A stretch of DNA of 62,566 bases, the filler included, from Basidiobolus ranarum (lineage: Eukaryota), in NCBI GenBank assembly GCA_040143965.1. It is 6 parts of 6 records of this genome, joined end to end, with 100 filler letters (N's around TTAATTAATTAA, not from the genome) between each part and the next. Parts side by side here need not be neighbours in the genome. Positions count along the whole stretch, not along the records: positions 52,255 to 62,566 come from JASJQH010000717.1; 5 more parts are not named here. One strand, written 5' to 3'. The notes below the pieces were generated by a model. It was given only the letters and a program-made list of their open reading frames with translations, was not told the DNA's origin and ran no database searches. A program made the position numbers and the translations under genes. Positions 55,176-62,566 of the stretch are shown piece after piece; position 1 is the first letter of the stretch, and each line of letters starts with the position of its first letter.

Positions 55176-55498
55176 CTAGAGGGATTAAAGATATTGAGTA
55201 AATGAGTTGCTAATTTATATGGTCTTAATTTTTTTCTTCCAAGAAGGTTACTGCATGGCGAAGAAAAGGAAAGAGGCCAGATTTATTATTGTTTTCGGTT
55301 CTATTGTGCTACTTTGCTTCAACTTTTAGGTAACTCTAAGTTAGCCCGAAACCCCATCTTTTCACTGGAGCCTATCGTGTTTTAACTACTAGGGCTTTCA
55401 AGTCAACTAATAATTTCCAACGTTGTGAGCACGAGCATACTAAGTCAGTATATATACCGAGGAAGCTCTTCCCTATCTATCACCACAATATCTACAAA

Positions 55499-56848
55499 AT
55501 GCAATTACTTTTCGTCGTATCCCTTGCAGCTGTGGCTATGGCCGCTAAACATGAAAAGCGCGCTACGACTTGTGCTGGAGCAGCCTACAATGTACCTTCC
55601 TTCAGTGGTTGTATCAATGATTGTAATCAAGTAAGTTAAGATATCTAACTTTGATGTTATACCCCTTCACTCAAAAATTCCTTTTAACATACTAATCATC
55701 TCCTTTATAAATTAGAAAGCTGGTCAAAGCTTCTTTGATGGCTACTCCAAGGATCCTACAAGTCCCAATCTTGTAAAATCTTTGTCTTATGAATGTGACT
55801 CCGGTAATCCTGATCGTACTGCGTTCATGACGAAAGCTGGAATATGTATGGTGGGTTGCTCGACTGAAGAGCAAAATGGTTATTCGGGAGGATACAAAGC
55901 AATGTGTGACTGGTATAAGGAACACATAAATGATGTATGCGTACCTGCAGAGACCCCTGCACCACCACCCGTTGTAGAGACTCCCACTCCTACTCCTGAG
56001 CCAGTTGCACCTGTTGAGCCTACTCAATCTCCTCCCACTCCTACCTCAGAGTCTATTGCACCAGTTGAGCCTACTCAATATCCTCCCACTTCTAGCGTAC
56101 CCACTCAAGAGTCCCCTATTGCTAGTCAAATCCCTGAAGAATCCACTTCAGTAGTAGTGAGCCCTACTGCTACCTCAGCAGTTCCCTCCTCTACATGCCA
56201 AGCAACCCCACCATATACTGGACCAACTTTTGACTCGTGCATCAACAACTGTAATGAGGTATGATGCCTTTTTCCCACAATGATTCAGATCCTTGATATA
56301 ACTAATGTACTATTGTTCCATAGCAAGCTGGAAAGACATTCTTCGAAGGATACTCTAAAGATCCCAACAGTCCCAACCTCATCAAATCCCTTTCTTACGA
56401 ATGTGATCCTAGCAATGCCGATCGTACATCTTTCATGACAAAGGCTGGTATTTGTATGGTTGGATGTACTACCGGGGAACAGGATGGCTATACCAACGGA
56501 TACAAGGCAATGTGTGGCTGGTATGAGCAAAACAAGTTGAATACTCCAAGCGACTGCAGTGTAGTCAGCCCCACTAGTTCCAGTGTACCAACTGCTACCT
56601 CTGTTGATGTTCTCCCAACCACCTGTCAACCTCTTACTGTGACAGTTACTAGCACTGTTACTCTCACTGATATTCCTCAGCCAACTCCTAACCCCGTTAC
56701 ATGCAACCATGGAGCTTATGCTTGTGAAGCTGAAGGAACATCAGCGAAATTCACCATCTGCGTATGGGGTAAACCAATTTTGGAAATGTGCGCACCTGGT
56801 ACTGTTTGTAAGACCTTTGGTGATTCCATCATCTGTGATTGGGCCTAA
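55499..56848 (+). CDS. Gene A: secreted protein with two unnamed Cys-rich domains, Pro/Thr linker and C-terminal CBM19-like chitin-binding module
   Basis: Signal MQLLFVVSLAAVAMA, KR site, introns 55631-55715 and 56259-56323; C-terminus CNHGAYAC...FTICVWG...MCAPGTVC. Confidence 0.85.
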
Positions 56849-57368
56849 AACCTTCTTAAAAGACGTATTATTTTGAAGAGAAATGTATATTCAACGATAT
56901 AAGTAAAGAAAATCTCCACTTTTGAGATTACATGTTTTATTTGTCAACTGAAACAAAAGGCTTAATTAATATGAAATGAAATTTAATAATTATGCTTTGA
57001 CTTTATCTACATTCGATCTGCTTACTCAAAACACAATTTGTCACCAACTTCCAGAATCTATAAACTTTGACTGGTTATTTATATTACATATTAAACGATA
57101 TATAATGTAATATATATTTCGAGTTTATTAAACACGAACTACTTGTTTCTCTTGCACTTCATCATCGGTTCTCTACTATCGCTCTCTAAATGTAAGTTAA
57201 TATATCAGATGCTTTTGGGGCATTTTCACTCCCTGTTGTATTGTACAACGATAAGTACAAATACCACATTCATTGATAAAATTAAGCCAACATGAGGATT
57301 AGTAATATTGACAGTAGCACTTAAGTGCATGGTTAGTTACACATACTACCTGTTCAATTCCACCACTG

Positions 57369-57496
57369 TTATCAGATTCGTTTCTCATCTGCATATTATT
57401 TCTGGTAACAACTACAAAGTTTTCAATAACAAATTCTTAATAAGCTCTATTTTAAATGGCGTTTTGCAATCGAATATCTGGGTAACCTTATCAGAT
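57369..57496. promoter_or_regulatory. Two perfect ATCWGATAA sites upstream of gene B
   Basis: TTATCAGAT at 57369 and 57488; near-match at 57202; TATATATA at about 57549. Confidence 0.7.
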
Positions 57497-57596
57497 CTAA
57501 TGCGGATACCCATAATAAAATTAAAAAAAACTTCTTCTCATAAGAGAGTATATATAGGGAACAGAAGATCTACGAATTTCTCATCAAGTCTACAAA

Positions 57597-58764
57597 ATGC
57601 GTCTTGCTTTGCTATTGAGTTTTACTGCTGTTGCTATCGCCCGTCCAGTTGTTGATGGAGAGGGATTTGTCACTTTGAATAAACGTGCCACAACTTGCTC
57701 TGGGGCAACATTTGACTTACCCGCCTTTAGTGCTTGTATTACCAATTGCAATACGGTATGTTAAGTCAATATAGATGTTTCTAACTTTTTAAACTTATTG
57801 TTAATGAACATGTAGAAAGCTGGAAAGGAACTCTTTAGCAATTATTCGAATGACCCAACCAGCCCAGAATTTATCAAATCTCTCTCTTATGAGTGTGACT
57901 CAGCTAATCCTGAACGTACCTCTTTCATGACCAAAGCTGGAATCTGTATGGTCGCCTGTACTAAAGAAGAGCAAGATGGATACACTAATGGATATAAGGC
58001 CTTCTGCGGTTGGTACCAAGAACATAAGAGTGATACTTGCCAACCAAAAGAAACTCCCTCCCCATCAGTGAAGCCTGAGCCTACTGTATCCACTCCAGAG
58101 CCGGCCCCACCAGCTGCATCAGTCCCTGCTTCTAATAACCCACCTCCAGCTGCTTCAAGTCCCTCACCAGCTCCTCAAAACTCTACTCCCCTCTCATCTC
58201 CATCACCAAGTGTAGCATCTTCCGCCAATGGGTCATCTGCTACCAATGTCGCTCCTAGTGCAACACCTTCTGCCAGTAAGTCGACCTCCGCCAATTCTAC
58301 TGCTAGTACCGCCCCAGTTGCTCCTGTATCTTGCAAGGAATTAGGTGACTATAAACTCGCCAGTCCTGGCTCATGCATTGATGATTGTAACTTGGTAAAT
58401 ATTTCTACTTCTACACTGTGTCATATGAATTTTACTGAAACCATTTCTATCATAGCAAGCGGGTCGTACTTTCTTCTCCGACTACACCAAAGATGCCAAA
58501 AGCCCCAACTTCGTTAAATCTCTAGCTTATGAGTGCGATAGATCCCATGCCGACCGTATCTCTTTCATGTCTAAAGCTGGAATTTGCATGGCAAAATGCT
58601 CTACAGCTGAACAAGACTCATACACTAATGCATACAAGGCCATTTGTGGCTGGTATAGTCAAAAATTAACTTGCACCGCTGACTCTACTTCTGGATCCTC
58701 CGTCATTTCTGTTTCAAAGAACATGGCATTATTATTTGCTCTTCCATTGATTATGGGCTTGTAA
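57597..58764 (+). CDS. Gene B: predicted GPI-anchored protein with two copies of the same Cys-rich domain and a Ser/Pro/Ala linker
   Basis: Signal MRLALLLSFTAVAIA, KR site, introns 57756-57815 and 58395-58455; C-terminus STSGSSVISVSKNMALLFALPLIMGL. Confidence 0.85.
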
Positions 58765-58996
58765 GGTTACAAATTTGTAGTCACAGCTCAATTACAGACT
58801 ATTACATATTTCGTGTTGACATCAATATCATATCTTAATTATTACCTCAATTAGCATTGTTCTAAGTTTAATAAATATGATGTAACTAGAAGAATTCTAT
58901 TCACTGATTATTACAATATTAAACTTTGGAATTCAGATGATAAATTCGAACACCAATAACTCGTAGTGGCTATTAAGTATCTGGCTTCAACCACTG

Positions 58997-59005
58997 ATCT
59001 GATAA
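58997..59005 (+). promoter_or_regulatory. ATCTGATAA site upstream of the pseudogene
   Basis: Perfect ATCWGATAA. Confidence 0.5.
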
Positions 59006-59019
59006 ACAATGTTTCTATT

Positions 59020-59642
59020 GACTGGTGCAAGAGGTTGTATAGACAAATGCAGGAGTTCAAGAAATTCTCTTATTCCAAAGCTGCACGTCTCAACGACATG
59101 AAGTACCAATGGTGATATCTTCTCCGGAGATAAATGACGTGACGAATTCGATGGCTATGCTCTAGCATCGAACTGGTCTCGAATACCCCATCTCTGGCTG
59201 ACCCAAGTTCCTCTTCATTTCTACTGTCCTACCATCCTCTTCACCAATACAGCACCCCTTGCCAGTAATAGTTGATCCTATATGTAAAGAATTTGGTGAC
59301 TATAAACTTCACAGTTCTGGCGTATGCGTAACCTTTGTTAAATGCTACTATTTCTATACTATATGAAATATGAGTGAGCGGGCCGGACTTTCCTCCCCGC
59401 CAAAGATGCGAAAATCCCGAGCTTCCTGAAATCTCTCGGCTATGGGTGCGATAGGTCCGTCCCATGCTAATCGGATCTCCTTCGTGTCTAAAGTCAGAAT
59501 TCGCAAAATAAAATTCTCTACAGCTGAACTGGACTCATACACCAATGCAAACCAAACCATTTGTGGCTGGTATAGTCAGAGATTGTCTTGCGCCGCTGCT
59601 GCTACATCCGAATCCTCCATCATTTCTGTTTCAAAGCAGTAG
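59020..59642 (+). pseudogene. Degraded paralog of gene B
   Basis: Nucleotide similarity to 58330-58720 (GGTGACTATAAACT; TCTACAGCTGAA...TCATACAC; ATTTGTGGCTGGTATAGTCA; ATTTCTGTTTCAAAG), with frameshifts, loss of the ICM Cys and a premature stop before the GPI tail. Confidence 0.8.
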
Positions 59643-60232
59643 GGGCATATGCCCTTTCATTGATTATTAACTTAGCCCTAATATCTGATCTGTATCGATA
59701 ATTATTTTGAGTTTAATTAAAAGTCAAATAGATTCCATGAAAGCCACTTAATGTTACAGTTGGAATACCATGTGTTAGTCACATCAAACTTCCGAATTTA
59801 GACTGCAAATTTGAAAGATCGATAGGTCGAGTTCTTATTAAACATCTTAATTTCGGCTGCAGAAATATACAGTGCGCCTTCGGTGAGAACATATAACTAG
59901 TCACTAATGGTCGTATATTCGAGTGACTTAGCATTACTTTCATATGTATTTACCTATTCAAATCTTTCCACGCATCAGGACCGGAGTAAATTCGGAAAAA
60001 GGGCATCTTTCAGTATTAAATCATGCATAAAACATTCATTCACACTGTATCTATTCAGATACCACACCAAAAATGGGTTTCTTGAAGAAAAGACGAAAAA
60101 AGATCAGTCATCTGTGTACCCTACGATGGAGTCGCATGATCCTCTTTGCTGGGGTTCATATTTACATGTTATCGACTAAAAGAGCGAATTGAAATGCGGC
60201 CACAGTACCACGGCAGGCTATTTAAACCGTTG

Positions 60233-60241
60233 ATCTGATAA
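60233..60241 (+). promoter_or_regulatory. ATCTGATAA site between TATA-like box and ATG of gene C
   Basis: TATTTAAA at about 60219, perfect site at 60233, ATG at 60269. Confidence 0.65.
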
Positions 60242-60268
60242 AAAGTACGAACATTCATATTAATCGAA

Positions 60269-60840
60269 ATGTTGTTTACTTCTGTTGTTTTCGCAAATCT
60301 TCTTACTCTGGCTGTCGCTGATTACCCAGGGAACAGCACAGCAAATACAGTATTTCCACTACCTAGTGCGGGAGATTGTATCGATAAATGCAACACGGTT
60401 TGAGAAACTCCCTTTTTATATAACTGCACATCTCAATTATCTTACCACTTTCTCAATATATATAGAGAGCTGGACAAATGTTCGATAAGAGTTATACTAC
60501 CGACCCTTCGATCCCATACTTCATTGACTCCTTGGATTTTGAGTGCAACTTGAGTAATCCTAAGCGCTCCCCATTTTTCACCCAAGCAGGTATCTGTATG
60601 ATGAGTTGCTCTTCGTCACAACAACATTCGTACGAAAATCAGTATGAACAAAAGTGCCAATGGTGGTATCAAGCCACTGGAACTGTGAATGATATCACCG
60701 TCACTGGAGACAAAGCAAGTGGTAAGGCTAAGGGTGATGCTGCACGCGCTGGCTTTTCCTCAGCTCCAGCTACTTTTACAAAGGCCACTCAAGGTCTTGG
60801 TACTCTAGCTGTTATAATGACCCTTGTCCATTTACTTTGA
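60269..60840 (+). CDS. Gene C: predicted GPI-anchored protein with a single divergent copy of the Cys-rich domain
   Basis: Signal MLFTSVVFANLLTLAVA, intron 60398-60465 at the same position as in genes A and B, hydrophobic C-terminus GLGTLAVIMTLVHLL. Confidence 0.85.
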
Positions 60841-61016
60841 ATTCAAGCCCCGGCATAAAGACATAATCCAGTGTTTTATAATACAATCTATTAAAGCATA
60901 CTTGAGCATTAAAAATCCTTATTTGACCCAAATATTCGCTAAAAGAGTGAACCATTTTTGACCAAGATCTTCCAATTCTTGTGATACCATATACACCTGC
61001 TTAACAGACCCCATTC

Positions 61017-61308
61017 TTATCAGATTCTTACAATCAATCAATAATGCAAAGTAAAAATTGGATGAAATCTATTTTTTGTGTATCAACATTCTTATCAGAT
61101 GATACTTTGGATCTGCATGTCGGAAAATGAGATCAATCATTGGTAATACATCGTGTAAGCCATCGCCCCAACATCCAACTTTATTTTACTTTTAGGGCCT
61201 ACTAAGAAGCATTTTAGGATGAAGTATTGTAGGATTGGGATGAAATAGGCGAAAGAGTTATCTGATCAACAAAACCATTTTCCACCTTATTTTGTCAAAA
61301 TCAGATAG
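61017..61308. promoter_or_regulatory. Three perfect and one near ATCWGATAA sites with no recognisable downstream gene
   Basis: TTATCAGAT 61017 and 61092, TTATCTGAT 61258, near-match ATCAGATAG 61300. Confidence 0.55.
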
Positions 61309-62428
61309 GGAGTTTGTTGTTGATAATTCCAAACCACTGTATCACCAAATGCATCGTTCGACGTCTGGATTGATTGTTCTCGACTCTTTAGCAACCAAGT
61401 AGGATTCAATCGAGCACACATCATGCATGATACTAATACTCGTGTGGGAAGGAAGTTGAGTATCTGATGGTCTTACTATGCTTCCTTCCTGTTACTGCAA
61501 AGGTATTAATACTGAAAATGACTTGATTCGCATTCCTTTTCAATATTACGCGTGTAACCTTATTGCTTGATATATTCATTGTTTCTGTAGGAAGCCATAC
61601 ATACACTAAGCCATGCAATTATATATATACGATATGCCATATAGCTAATAGTACATGTATTTTATGGAATAAGTGATGTTTCTTGCTGCACGTGTAACTA
61701 TGACTTCGGTCATATTATTTGAAACCTTTACTGCTCGTAGAGACAAGAATGTTGTTATTAGTCTTAGCCTCTATCTGTAATATATAGAGTAATTCCCTCT
61801 CGAAACTGTAACCCTTGCTTATATTGTAGAAGTGGAGTAAAACGAGATGGATTTCATTTACGCAATATTAGCACTTCACCAGTCTTGTAAATTCCTTAAT
61901 ATCGATAACTGAGTGACAAGTCAATCATCTTGTGCACAGAGGTAAGCTCTTAGAACGGCTTCAAGCCTCGTTTATGCTCTTAAAAATCGTTATATCGCGG
62001 CAGCCAAAAGATGGGCATTCACGTAATTGCCTCTTAAAGTATTATAATATTTGACCCTCTATTGCTCTTACCATCAATCTTTGTAATCTTTGATAGATAG
62101 AGCTAGTTCTTAGGAGGCAGCTTTTTTGATTATAGTAGCTATTTTAACTGCTGGTGCTATTTGCTATCTCTCAATAGGTCCTATATCCTTGTCCTAAACT
62201 TCTTCCACCTTCATGATTAGTTATGTTTGAGCATCAAAAGGAGATAATACATGCTCAGATAGAGGTACTTATGGGACATAGCTTTTTACAGGAGGGCAAT
62301 GTGGAAACATATAAGTAGCGTAAGAGAACCAATCTCAAATATGCTATGATCAACATCACTTATGCATTGATGAGTGGGTTTTTTAGATTTTAAAGTACTT
62401 CAACAATATCTCAGTAAAATCTATATAT

Positions 62429-62566
62429 TGTTAAAGTGTTTTAGGGGCCTGTTGGAAGTGGTTTCGACAAATAGAGAAATTGGTGGTTTTCACTCATTGA
62501 TTTATTGAGTAGAAAGTTAAACTTTATGCGTTTGTCATGATGTAGATAAAGTAACGTAGAGATTGT
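62429..62566. mobile_element. LTR copy truncated by window/contig end
   Basis: TGTTAAAGTGTTTTAGGGGCCTGTTGGAAGTGGTTT matches 5164-5300 in the same orientation. Confidence 0.8.

Noticed and set aside
46706-61308. Copper transporter plus iron-motif cluster as one metal-uptake island
   Set aside because: Separated by the spacer at 52155-52254; different contigs

Overview
Eukaryotic, AT-rich, intron-containing fungal DNA. The gene set and style suggest an early-diverging fungus (Zoopagomycota/Mucoromycota-like); this is inference. The window is not one locus. It is six contigs of about 10.3 kb, in descending length order, joined by artificial 100-bp N44-TTAATTAATTAA-N44 spacers, so adjacency across spacers is meaningless. 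Recognisable genes: a bHLH factor, ERG9, MHR1-like, a DUF262 protein, UAP1, ERG1 next to ERG3, RPN9, a CreA/Mig1-type zinc finger, two DUF4203 membrane proteins, an alpha-arrestin, Arc1-like, TCO89-like, RPL26, a Cys/Met-rich CTR copper transporter, a SET-domain protein with an apparent signal peptide, an EF-hand/ZZ repeat protein and a MADS-box factor. A roughly 320-bp LTR family (TG...CA ends, 5-bp target-site duplications) occurs at six sites. The most striking signal is in contig 6 (55.0-61.3 kb): three tandem genes plus one pseudogene built from the same unnamed 6-8-Cys extracellular domain. One gene is secreted with a CBM19-like chitin-binding tail and two carry GPI-anchor signals. The surrounding intergenic DNA holds 11 perfect ATCWGATAA sites, the element bound by SreA/Sre1/Fep1-type iron-responsive GATA repressors. 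This is a candidate undescribed iron/heme-acquisition relay analogous to CFEM hemophores. All exon boundaries and motif counts were read by eye.
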